Shown here: one piece after another, positions 9,395 through 16,877 of the stretch | Layout: every line of letters starts with the position of its first letter | Position numbering within the stretch: the first letter of the stretch is position 1 | Virus record (IMG/VR): IMGVR_UViG_3300040801_004840 | Span: 1-37,442 of that record | Source: a virus | Direction: 5' to 3' (one strand) | DNA length: 37,442 bases | Program-made: the position numbers and the translations under genes | The notes under the pieces: model-generated | Databases searched by the model: none | What the model was told of the DNA's origin: nothing | Seen by the model: the letters and a program-made list of their open reading frames with translations, nothing else

Positions 9395-9884
9395 CTATCT
9401 TCATCCCTCTGTTTTTTAAAATATATTCTACATTATCTTTTCTGACGTCCTTATTTTGCTCCATACATATCCGATCAAGAGACTTGTTAAGATACGCGTG
9501 AACCTGTTGGGCTAACGCTCTGTATTCGGGTGGTATATCCGTTTGACTCTTGATAAAATCAATTGAATCCAGGCCGGGTACAGTCCATAAATGCACTACA
9601 GAATCTAAAAGATGGTTATAACGATATACAGAATGGTTAATTGTAGGCACAGGACAAACAGCACATACCACAGGCTTATTTCTGATTCCTGACTGCACAT
9701 GATTATCCCTAAAATGTTGGATCTCTATCCAGAAATCTCCTTTCAATATCTTTGACCCTGTTTGAGCGGCACGAACAACCGCCTCATTATGTCTTTTGAC
9801 CATCTCTTCGGACAGTTCACGCACCTGATAGGTACTTGTATCTTTGGAAGCATCTAACGACTTTTGAGTTATGTCGGTCTCCAT
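9360..9884 (-). CDS. Hypothetical protein (head module)
   Basis: 174 aa with an AAAGGG SD. It overlaps the scaffold start by 35 nt. No motif recognised. Confidence 0.6.
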   Translation of the reverse strand: METDITQKSLDASKDTSTYQVRELSEEMVKRHNEAVVRAAQTGSKILKGDFWIEIQHFRDNHVQSGIRNKPVVCAVCPVPTINHSVYRYNHLLDSVVHLWTVPGLDSIDFIKSQTDIPPEYRALAQQVHAYLNKSLDRICMEQNKDVRKDNVEYILKNRGMKIDGRRDTARGSC

Positions 9885-9963
9885 AAGCCGCCCTTTTTAT
9901 TATAGATAGCCTCATCTATTCTTTTTTGTTTTCTTGTTTTCTTGGGCCTCAAAGGAGGAGGAA

Positions 9964-10000
9964 GCGGGAGGATATCTTTGACAATATCCTCCGCCTTTTT
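9964..10000 (+). promoter_or_regulatory. Hairpin with a U-tract on the non-coding (plus) strand
   Basis: GCGGGAGGATAT (9964-9975) pairs with ATATCCTCCGC (9984-9994), 11 bp with a 1-nt bulge, followed on the plus strand by CTTTTTAT. On the minus strand no U-run follows. Confidence 0.3.
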
Positions 10001-10020
10001 ATCCCGCTTGTTGATTGGCA

Positions 10021-10212
10021 TTATTTCTTCAACCCTTTGCGTGTCTTTTCGATACCCATGTTGATCTGTTTGGCAACATCCTGATAGGTATCACCATACA
10101 CCTTAGGCATACCGAAGTTTGTCTCATCCAAGATAACAGTCTTGTTTTCCTGCGGCATCAAAGAAGGAGCAGAAGCATCCGCGGCAAGGCCGAAAGCTTT
10201 TTTATTTTCCAT
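10021..10212 (-). CDS. Small hypothetical protein
   Basis: 63 aa with an AAGGAAA SD, between the portal gene and ORF 9360-9884. Confidence 0.5.
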   Translation of the reverse strand: MENKKAFGLAADASAPSLMPQENKTVILDETNFGMPKVYGDTYQDVAKQINMGIEKTRKGLKK

Positions 10213-10290
10213 TATTTTCCTTTACCTTTAGGGGTTTCATCTACTTTAATTTCGTACATTCCTCTGTATCCCATCGCCTTTTTAGAAAAC

Positions 10291-12369
10291 TCATACGCCA
10301 TACTCTCCGGAGAATTGTCCCTGGGAACCCATTGAAGGGGCCGTATCCGCTTGCACTCTACCAGAAGATTCTTTGTATTCTTCATCTATTTCACCTTTTA
10401 ACATTCGTGACAACGACAATAATTTTTCAAGTTTGGTAATGTCCATCTCCTTAAGTTCTTTAATCATCTTGGCATGCGTCAATTTTGCCGTCTGTTGATC
10501 TTTTTCAGCCTCGGCAATACGTTCTATAGCACTCATTTTGTTTTCATCTATAGATGACATGCGTTCAGCGGCAAGAGCTTTATCAGATTGAGCCTTAGAC
10601 TTGAGAACATCTATTTCGGCTTCAAGCTCTTTCATTCTCATCTGTGCTTCCTGTTGCTGGAGCTGCATGGCCTGCTGTTGCTGGGCGGTCATAGCTTTCA
10701 CAATATCGTCTTTATTCTGTATAGTAGCCGCCTGCACAAGAACATCATCGGGGATCTGGACGCCAAGCTTGCGTAACTCCATAAGCTGGGCAAACTGTAC
10801 CTGTTTCTGCGTAGAGGTGTAATAGCCCTCTTCAACAACACAGTCATAGACGCCAAACAGCCTATTATGAAACGACGGACTCAGCTCATCATCGTCGGCT
10901 AATATCTTCCGGATCTTGGCCGGCATGAACTGGTTCTGGATAAGAGAAAGAATTTTATTACTCAAGATCTTTTGAGAAAGATCGAGTTGATCAAATAACT
11001 TCTCAAAGGTAACAAGCCCGGCACGTTGGCGTAACATAACAAGCACGCCCGCGGCTGTTTCATCTTCGCCCGCTCCAAGCATATCTTCGTTATAACCTGA
11101 ATCACGGAGTATCTCATCAGCATATGACTGACGGAGCTGTTGGGTAGTAGGAGGAATTACCTGCTGTTGTATAGCGGCAAGAGCATCATTTAAGGCAAAT
11201 CCGTCCTTAATCGCTATTGATCGTCCTGTACCGGTACGATAGAGATCGTCGGGGTTAACAACAGCACCCTCTTTATATATCCAGCCTGATGAAACGGTAG
11301 CCTCAAGGTTTTGTGACTCAAGGATAAGCCTTCTGTTGTAGATATATTGGGCATCACGCATTCCACGCACTACGCCTTGGATACGTACATTAAAGTTTTC
11401 AAGTTCGGGCTGGTAATATCCTACAACAGGAATAAAAGGATATGAGTCCAGCCCTATAAAGTTTCCTGAGCATATAACGGTACCCTCCACAATAATTGCG
11501 GATGATACCGTAGGAATCTCATTATTAAATTTCTCTATATCGGGGAAGTTGTAAAGGAATATTTCAAGATCTATATCCGTACCTTTCCATTCATATATGT
11601 CACCCGTGCGGTTATCAAGCAAGAGAGTCTGTGTCCTGTAATCTCTAAACCAAAACTCGTCATACGACATAAGATTATGTGATCTGAGCATCATACTATT
11701 ATTAAGAAGGTATTGCGGCTCTGTGTTAGATGGATGTAATGAAAGAATTATGTCGGTATATTCCGGCAAGAGACTGCAGATCTCTCTTTGTGGCAAGAAC
11801 GATCTCCGCAATATTCCGTTACAATCGGAAAGGTCCTGACGGGTAAAGTTCGGATCTATCAAAAAGCTGTTATAAGGACAGTTGGTTACCCGTATATCAC
11901 CTGAAAGCGGATCGGTACGGTAATCTATCCAGAGATAGAGCATGTTTATACCGGTAGTTATAGCACCGTAGAACGCTTCAGAAACAGTATAGAGCATATT
12001 GTCATTTTCCATTACCCACATAAGAACCTTTGAAAGTTGATCTGCTGTTTTCTGGTCAGCATTCTCACGTGGTACAACGATTGACGTCTTACGTTGTTGC
12101 CTCTGACGTCCGGATATTCCGTTAACTATCGGGCGAATTCTGTTGAAATAGAACCCTTCGCACCGCTCCTTAAAAAGAGGACCGTAAAGATTGTTATAGA
12201 ACTCTTGAGAACCGGCAAGAAACATAGAATCTACTTGCGCTTCATTACAAAAGATCTGGTAAGGCGACAAAGCATAAGCGTGGAAGTCATTAATACGCTC
12301 TATAATCTCTCTGTCTTTGCCTGTAGCCGATCGCAATACACTCTTATCGTATAACATTCCCGTCTCCAT
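10291..12369 (-). CDS. Portal protein with a long C-terminal coiled-coil
   Basis: 692 aa, first gene of the structural operon. About 120 C-terminal residues are Q/E/K-rich helix, like the P22 portal barrel. An alternative start at 12357 has a GGAG SD. Confidence 0.65.
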   Translation of the reverse strand: METGMLYDKSVLRSATGKDREIIERINDFHAYALSPYQIFCNEAQVDSMFLAGSQEFYNNLYGPLFKERCEGFYFNRIRPIVNGISGRQRQQRKTSIVVPRENADQKTADQLSKVLMWVMENDNMLYTVSEAFYGAITTGINMLYLWIDYRTDPLSGDIRVTNCPYNSFLIDPNFTRQDLSDCNGILRRSFLPQREICSLLPEYTDIILSLHPSNTEPQYLLNNSMMLRSHNLMSYDEFWFRDYRTQTLLLDNRTGDIYEWKGTDIDLEIFLYNFPDIEKFNNEIPTVSSAIIVEGTVICSGNFIGLDSYPFIPVVGYYQPELENFNVRIQGVVRGMRDAQYIYNRRLILESQNLEATVSSGWIYKEGAVVNPDDLYRTGTGRSIAIKDGFALNDALAAIQQQVIPPTTQQLRQSYADEILRDSGYNEDMLGAGEDETAAGVLVMLRQRAGLVTFEKLFDQLDLSQKILSNKILSLIQNQFMPAKIRKILADDDELSPSFHNRLFGVYDCVVEEGYYTSTQKQVQFAQLMELRKLGVQIPDDVLVQAATIQNKDDIVKAMTAQQQQAMQLQQQEAQMRMKELEAEIDVLKSKAQSDKALAAERMSSIDENKMSAIERIAEAEKDQQTAKLTHAKMIKELKEMDITKLEKLLSLSRMLKGEIDEEYKESSGRVQADTAPSMGSQGQFSGEYGV

Positions 12370-12594
12370 GTTTTAAACTGTTGGTAGTCTACAAAAAAAA
12401 ATAATCAACATGTAAATACTTGTTAGTATGGTACAAAACAGTTTAATGAAAGGATTGCTATGGCGGTAAAAAACAAATCAAGACTAAAGCGATCGAGACA
12501 AACCCATAAGGGTATACCCATCTCACGACTTAAAAAGCAGGCCAAAACAAAAAAAGAGCGGCTTAAAAGCAGGTTTGTGCAGAATATGCAAAAA

Positions 12595-12636
12595 GGTAAG
12601 AAAAGGAAATAACCTCCGTGTGTGTGAGCACGGAGG
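12595..12636 (-). terminator. Rho-independent terminator ending the early block
   Basis: Minus strand reads CCTCCGTG, 8-nt loop, CACGGAGG, then TTATTTCCTTTTCTT. It starts 38 nt after the stop of ORF 12674-13432. Confidence 0.6.
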
Positions 12637-12673
12637 CGAAAGGCATGCGACATGAGACGCATGCGACAAAGAT

Positions 12674-13432
12674 CTAGAGTTTTCTACGGGCTGCTTTTAT
12701 CTCGGTTATTCGATTGAATACAGTCCTGTATTTGGAAACGGGTAGTTCTTCAAGGCGGCTAATGCCATACATCTTTAATATTTCGTCATATATGTCGACT
12801 ATATCGTCACTATTGAGAAGATAAGACAGTTCGGCAAGCTGCTGTTCATTGATACATTCACAAACATCACGCCTTTTGTCGGCATAATTATACTCTTTTG
12901 AGGTACCCTTCTTGACCTCTTTGCGCCGCAACTGCTCAAGCTGCTCACCGTCATCATCATAATCATATCCTTGAGGAGCTATACCTAAAAGATCCATAAG
13001 ATGCTGTTTTTTATGCTCGTTGAGAATACTCAGATACGTCTTTATATCACTGTCGGGTACAGATAAAGCCGTATAAGCCTTCTGCCATTGATCTGATGAA
13101 TGGATAAGTTCAGAAACGAGATATATTTTACCGTCTTCCTCAAGCGTCTTTTGCACAACTGCTATCTCCTGAGCGGCTAAAGCATCAGCCGTTGCGTCAT
13201 AAATAGCCCTCAAGTCAACATAAGGCGCGAGAATGCCAAGATTCATACGGTTAAACATAAGAGGCTTAAACTCTTTACGGGCGGCTGAGAGAGCCGCCGC
13301 CAATTTATCAATAGATTCTGATCGTGTAGCCTTTTTTTGTTTTTTTTCGGTAATATGGAGAGCTTGCGCCTCTTGGCGCACAAGCTTTTGCATATCCTCA
13401 AAAAAGGAAATAAATGATTCTTTATTTTCCAT
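12674..13432 (-). CDS. Divergent ERF-like single-strand annealing protein paralog
   Basis: 252 aa counted from ATG 13432 (GAGGAAG SD); the track start is 13450. Motifs KLAAALSAARKEF, HSSDQW and DYDDDGEQ. Its C-terminal module aligns with the upstream ERF-like protein. Confidence 0.45.
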   Translation of the reverse strand: MENKESFISFFEDMQKLVRQEAQALHITEKKQKKATRSESIDKLAAALSAARKEFKPLMFNRMNLGILAPYVDLRAIYDATADALAAQEIAVVQKTLEEDGKIYLVSELIHSSDQWQKAYTALSVPDSDIKTYLSILNEHKKQHLMDLLGIAPQGYDYDDDGEQLEQLRRKEVKKGTSKEYNYADKRRDVCECINEQQLAELSYLLNSDDIVDIYDEILKMYGISRLEELPVSKYRTVFNRITEIKAARRKL

Positions 13433-14075
13433 CGTCTTCCTCTTTTGCAAACCTCAATAAGAGGTGACATATAGTTTCAAAGTTCCTTGCCTCAATCTCT
13501 TCCAGCTTATTAATAGAGTACAAATTTATAATAGAACTGATAGCATCACGCGGATTTTTAAGGTTTTCCAGAAGGGCCTTAATCTTCTCTCTCTGTTCTT
13601 TATTTATATACACTTTCTGAGGCGCGGCAGGGCGTTGTTGCATATACCTCTGCTTACCGTCATCAATATCATCCTCCTCTATAGCCAAACAAAACATATG
13701 CTTGAGCTGGTAACGGCCTACATATGTCTTAATAGAACCCTTTGCCTGTTGCTCGTCGTTTTGCGTCTTAAGGCCTAATGGGCTAAGCATCACAGGATAA
13801 AGATAATCATAAGAACATAAAAATTCTCCGCTTTTATGTATCAACATAAGACACATATAAACGCTATCATCTTTTATAACAAAACTCTGTGTCATACATA
13901 TGTCACAAGAGAGAGCAGCTTCCTGGCAATGTGAAGCTATCTCTTCATATGAAGCGTATGTATTACGTAAGCCTTTTTTATTCTTGGAAATAGGGTTTGC
14001 GTTAAGATATTTCTGCGCCTCTATAAGAGCCTTGGATATCTCACTGATTGTTTCAGATCTATAAGTAAATGACAT
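13422..14075 (-). CDS. erf: ERF-family single-strand annealing protein
   Basis: 217 aa. ISKALIEAQKYLNANP.KNKK....YASYEEI, HKSGEF and QAKGSIKTYVGRYQL..MF..EEDDIDDG follow the P22 Erf pattern as I recall it. Confidence 0.55.
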   Translation of the reverse strand: MSFTYRSETISEISKALIEAQKYLNANPISKNKKGLRNTYASYEEIASHCQEAALSCDICMTQSFVIKDDSVYMCLMLIHKSGEFLCSYDYLYPVMLSPLGLKTQNDEQQAKGSIKTYVGRYQLKHMFCLAIEEDDIDDGKQRYMQQRPAAPQKVYINKEQREKIKALLENLKNPRDAISSIINLYSINKLEEIEARNFETICHLLLRFAKEEDDGK

Positions 14076-14118
14076 GTTTCGCCTTTCGCTTTAATACATC
14101 TTTGTCTTTACATTAATA

Positions 14119-14146
14119 AGTATAGCACAAATGAGATTTTGTACAA
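14119..14146 (-). promoter_or_regulatory. Sigma70-type promoter of the ERF operon (extended -10)
   Basis: Minus strand reads TTGTAC, 16-nt spacer, TGcTATACT. The palindrome TGTACA overlaps the -35. Confidence 0.4.
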
Positions 14147-14163
14147 GTTTTTTATATATATTT

Positions 14164-14193
14164 TTACAAAAAAGAGCGGCCAGTTGAGGCCGC
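14164..14193 (-). terminator. Rho-independent terminator inside the non-coding island
   Basis: Minus strand reads GCGGCC-TCAACT-GGCCGC followed by TCTTTTTTGT. A pure A/T tract follows at 14148-14173. Confidence 0.6.
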
Positions 14194-14345
14194 CTGTTAC
14201 TTGTCTGTTGCCAACCAACTTGTTCGGCACTACACTTATTAAAAACACCCTGTAGAGGTCCATTTCCCAGGGTTAAACTTAATCGTGTAGCAACCAATAG
14301 GCGTAAAGGTTGAACGACAAAGTCATACTAACTCAGAATACACAA
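14164..14345 (-). ncRNA. Candidate small RNA (about 180-250 nt)
   Basis: No ORF with an SD. It is bounded upstream by TATACT (14349-14354) or TATAAT (14425-14430) and downstream by the terminator at 14164-14193. It has nested stems 14230-35/14285-90 and 14248-52/14268-72. Confidence 0.2.
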
Positions 14346-14435
14346 AAAAGTATAAGAAATACAGGGTTTTTGTTGACAAATCGGTATTAATTGGCGAGTT
14401 TTAAACAGATAAGCCTTTGTGTTTATTATATTACT

Positions 14436-14496
14436 GCCCCCGTGTGAAAGGGGAGTACCTTACTCACGGGGGCTATATGTGAGGGTCGCACATATA
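14436..14496 (-). promoter_or_regulatory. Two adjacent hairpins 3' of the RHH gene
   Basis: GCCCCCGTG (14436-44) pairs with CACGGGGGC (14465-73). TATATGTG (14474-81) pairs with CACATATA (14489-96). No U-tract on the minus strand. Confidence 0.35.
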
Positions 14497-14546
14497 AAGC
14501 AGTGTTTTATATTGAGATTAGAACCGTTTATTTTAAAGTCAAACGC

Positions 14547-14720
14547 CTAGGGGTTTTTTGGACTTTTACGGACTATATACTTGCGGTTGTCCTGCATGTA
14601 GACGGCATCAAGAGCCTCATCGATCAGAGCCCTCAGCGTTGTTTCCTCTTCTATTGCCATGTATTTTAATTTTCTATAAAGCTCCTCTTTGAGGCCATGC
14701 GTTATACGTATTTCTTTCAT
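14547..14720 (-). CDS. Ribbon-helix-helix (Arc/CopG-like) DNA-binding protein, 57 aa
   Basis: Not in the ORF track because it is under 60 aa. Hand translation: MKEIRITHGLKEELYRKLKYMAIEEETTLRALIDEALDAVYMQDNRKYIVRKSPKNP. It shows the strand-helix-helix pattern and has an AAGGAAAGG SD. Confidence 0.6.
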   Translation of the reverse strand: MKEIRITHGLKEELYRKLKYMAIEEETTLRALIDEALDAVYMQDNRKYIVRKSPKNP

Positions 14721-14732
14721 AATGCCTTTCCT

Positions 14733-14921
14733 TTAAAGTATTTCGTTTTCCATTCGAGTGTAACCCTTATACCATGGCGTCCACAAAAGGGCCGCAAAAA
14801 GGGCCAGAAGAAACCCCAAGGCGTAGGCCCGGGGTGTATTACATAACAGCGCTAACGGCATAATTATACCGGCTATACACATATATGCCGCGATAAGGTC
14901 AATCCTCATACGAATATTCAT
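14733..14921 (-). CDS. Small 2-TM membrane protein
   Basis: 62 aa with two hydrophobic helices and an AGGAAG SD. Confidence 0.5.
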   Translation of the reverse strand: MNIRMRIDLIAAYMCIAGIIMPLALLCNTPRAYALGFLLALFAALLWTPWYKGYTRMENEIL

Positions 14922-14988
14922 TTTTCTTCCTATCGCTTAATAGCCAATGAACAAAAGCAGCAATCAAAAACACATGTAAAAATCCCAT
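14899..14988 (-). CDS. Possible 29-aa hydrophobic micro-protein
   Basis: Hand translation: MGFLHVFLIAAFVHWLLSDRKKNEYSYED. GAGGG SD 6 nt upstream. It overlaps the start of ORF 14733-14921. Confidence 0.2.
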   Translation of the reverse strand: MGFLHVFLIAAFVHWLLSDRKKNEYSYED

Positions 14989-15098
14989 AATCCGCCCTCT
15001 ATAATTAAATTCAACTTTCTTACCGCTACCTTAAACCTATCTTCAATATGAAATAGATAAGGATAATCATAAGGAAAATATGCCCACCATCCATAATC

Positions 15099-15683
15099 TT
15101 ACCACACGTTACAGAATTCAATTTCTTCACCATTAGGACATACAATAGAAACAGAAGGCTCCATATCTTTGTGGAGAGGCTCCGGTTCGAACCTTAATTT
15201 ATACACAGGGATAGGATTGCCTTGTATTTGATAATCACGTCCAATGTTATAATCATACAAATCACAATAATCACAGAGAATAATAGCCGTAAGATTGTGA
15301 TACATAAGGAATATTCTCAGGTTAAGCATAACAAGCGTACGGGTACGTTTATCATCTATTAAATTAATTCCACTGATAACTATTATCTTTTTTCTTTCAT
15401 TGTCTGAGCTGAAAAGACCGCTCCCAACCTTAACTTCGGATTCAATTGTGTTCATAATGCCGCAAGAGAGTTCAAACCCGTCTCGAACCGTCGTAAAAGC
15501 TTCAAGATCAACCGAAACAAAAATAGCCTTGTCGCCAAGCTCTTGCTTAAGTAGGTCTTGCGCCAGGGCATCTTTGCCCCTGTGATTCAAGAAGACAATT
15601 TCTTCTTTTGGCATTTGGTCCAACAAGATGGAAATATCTTTTGGGGTTTTTGTATTTACGTTTGCCATGTCTTTGCCTTTCAT
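15099..15683 (-). CDS. Hypothetical protein with a weak PD-(D/E)xK-like signature
   Basis: 194 aa. D59 (FVSVD), then E83-V-K85 (IESEVK), plus C-terminal CDYC ... CPNGEEIEFC. It has its own strong promoter. The start could instead be 15668. Confidence 0.6.
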   Translation of the reverse strand: MKGKDMANVNTKTPKDISILLDQMPKEEIVFLNHRGKDALAQDLLKQELGDKAIFVSVDLEAFTTVRDGFELSCGIMNTIESEVKVGSGLFSSDNERKKIIVISGINLIDDKRTRTLVMLNLRIFLMYHNLTAIILCDYCDLYDYNIGRDYQIQGNPIPVYKLRFEPEPLHKDMEPSVSIVCPNGEEIEFCNVW

Positions 15684-15712
15684 TTATATTTTGTTACTTT
15701 GTACACATATAT

Positions 15713-15741
15713 ATAATATTACATGTACATATGTATGTCAA
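15713..15741 (-). promoter_or_regulatory. Strong sigma70-type promoter with overlapping palindromes
   Basis: Minus strand reads TTGACA, 17-nt spacer, TATTAT. The spacer holds the 10-bp palindrome TACATATGTA. TGTACA hexamers lie 24 bp apart on either side of the -10. Confidence 0.55.
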
Positions 15742-15782
15742 CAAAAATATATAAAATATTTTAAATTTATTGATAAGGCCTG

Positions 15783-16784
15783 CTAATCAGTCTTTTCATT
15801 ATAAAGAGGGGAATTGAAATAAGCATTAAAGAATCCTGACACCAAAAGACCGACATGCCAGGCCAGTACCGGGGGTACGGCATTGCCTATTTGTCGATAG
15901 CATGACGACATAGATCCTTTAAAGATAAATGTATCAGGAAAAGACTGAAGACGGGCGACCTCTCTAACTGATAATCTTCTTTTATTGTTGTAGTGAAACT
16001 CTATATTGCCGTGATGTTCGGCGCGTATTGTCGGGGCAACATTATCCGGTTTTAATGTTCTGTCACGTTTAGGATCTCTTTTAACCTTCGACCATACATG
16101 ATTAAAGTTTTTATCTTCAGGTAAATCTTCAAGGTCGTGCAAAGCATCATATACACTTACGCGGCGCAATGATTTTAAAAGCAGCGAGGATATATAGGGG
16201 TCTAATAAACGGGTTAATCCTTCAATATCATTCCTGACTCCAACTATAAAAACCCTCTCTCTATTTTGTGCTACGCCGTAACTTGCAGCATTTAGGATCA
16301 TATATTTAACATCATAAGAGCCGGTACGGCTTGAGCCCTTGAACTCATTTATTATCACTTTAAACGTTTCACCTTTATCATGGTTCAGTAGGCCGGGGAC
16401 ATTCTCCGCGACAAACATTAAAGGCCTAATACACCTTATAGCTTTAACCATATACAAAAAAAGGCGGCCCCTTTCCGTCTCTGTTCCTCTTCTTTTTCCA
16501 GCGATTGAGAAGTCTTGACACGGAAAACCACCAAAGAGGAGATCAGCAGAATCAGGTAGCTTGTAAAAAATGTTCTCTATATCACCGTGTATAATAGGCC
16601 CTATATTGTTTTCATATGTTAAACACGCGTCTTTGTTATTGTCATTAGCAAATATAATATCAACATCAAGCATTTGGAGATGTTTCCAGTTCCATAATGT
16701 AAAACCGCCTCTAAGACCTAAATCAAAACCCCCGCATCCTGAAAAAAGTGAAACAGCTTTAACAGCTCCTTTTTCTGCATTCAT
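15783..16784 (-). CDS. DNA (cytosine-5) methyltransferase
   Basis: FSGCGGFDLG (motif I), GFPCQDFS (IV), ENV (VI), QNRERVFIVG (VIII), GNAVPP (X). Confidence 0.9.
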   Translation of the reverse strand: MNAEKGAVKAVSLFSGCGGFDLGLRGGFTLWNWKHLQMLDVDIIFANDNNKDACLTYENNIGPIIHGDIENIFYKLPDSADLLFGGFPCQDFSIAGKRRGTETERGRLFLYMVKAIRCIRPLMFVAENVPGLLNHDKGETFKVIINEFKGSSRTGSYDVKYMILNAASYGVAQNRERVFIVGVRNDIEGLTRLLDPYISSLLLKSLRRVSVYDALHDLEDLPEDKNFNHVWSKVKRDPKRDRTLKPDNVAPTIRAEHHGNIEFHYNNKRRLSVREVARLQSFPDTFIFKGSMSSCYRQIGNAVPPVLAWHVGLLVSGFFNAYFNSPLYNEKTD

Positions 16785-16877
16785 TAAATCACCCTCTTAC
16801 GCGTAGTTATATTGTTTTACCTTCGTACTGCTATTTTTTAGAATGGGGGCGTGTTTTAAATTTATTCAATATCTTTT

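Noticed and set aside
12423-12662. 79-aa hydrophobic ORF in the gap between the early and structural blocks
   Set aside because: It reads straight through the intrinsic terminator hairpin (12613-12636), has no SD, and its Phe/Leu richness comes from a T-rich intergenic strand.
14091-14297. 68-aa ORF in the non-coding island
   Set aside because: It spans the terminator at 14164-14193 and the ERF promoter, has no SD, and its composition is implausible for a protein.
15184-15193. GGTTCGAACC, a tRNA T-arm-like sequence
   Set aside because: It lies inside a CDS and is simply a palindrome. No acceptor, D or anticodon stems can be drawn around it. I found no tRNA elsewhere by eye, although no formal scan was possible.
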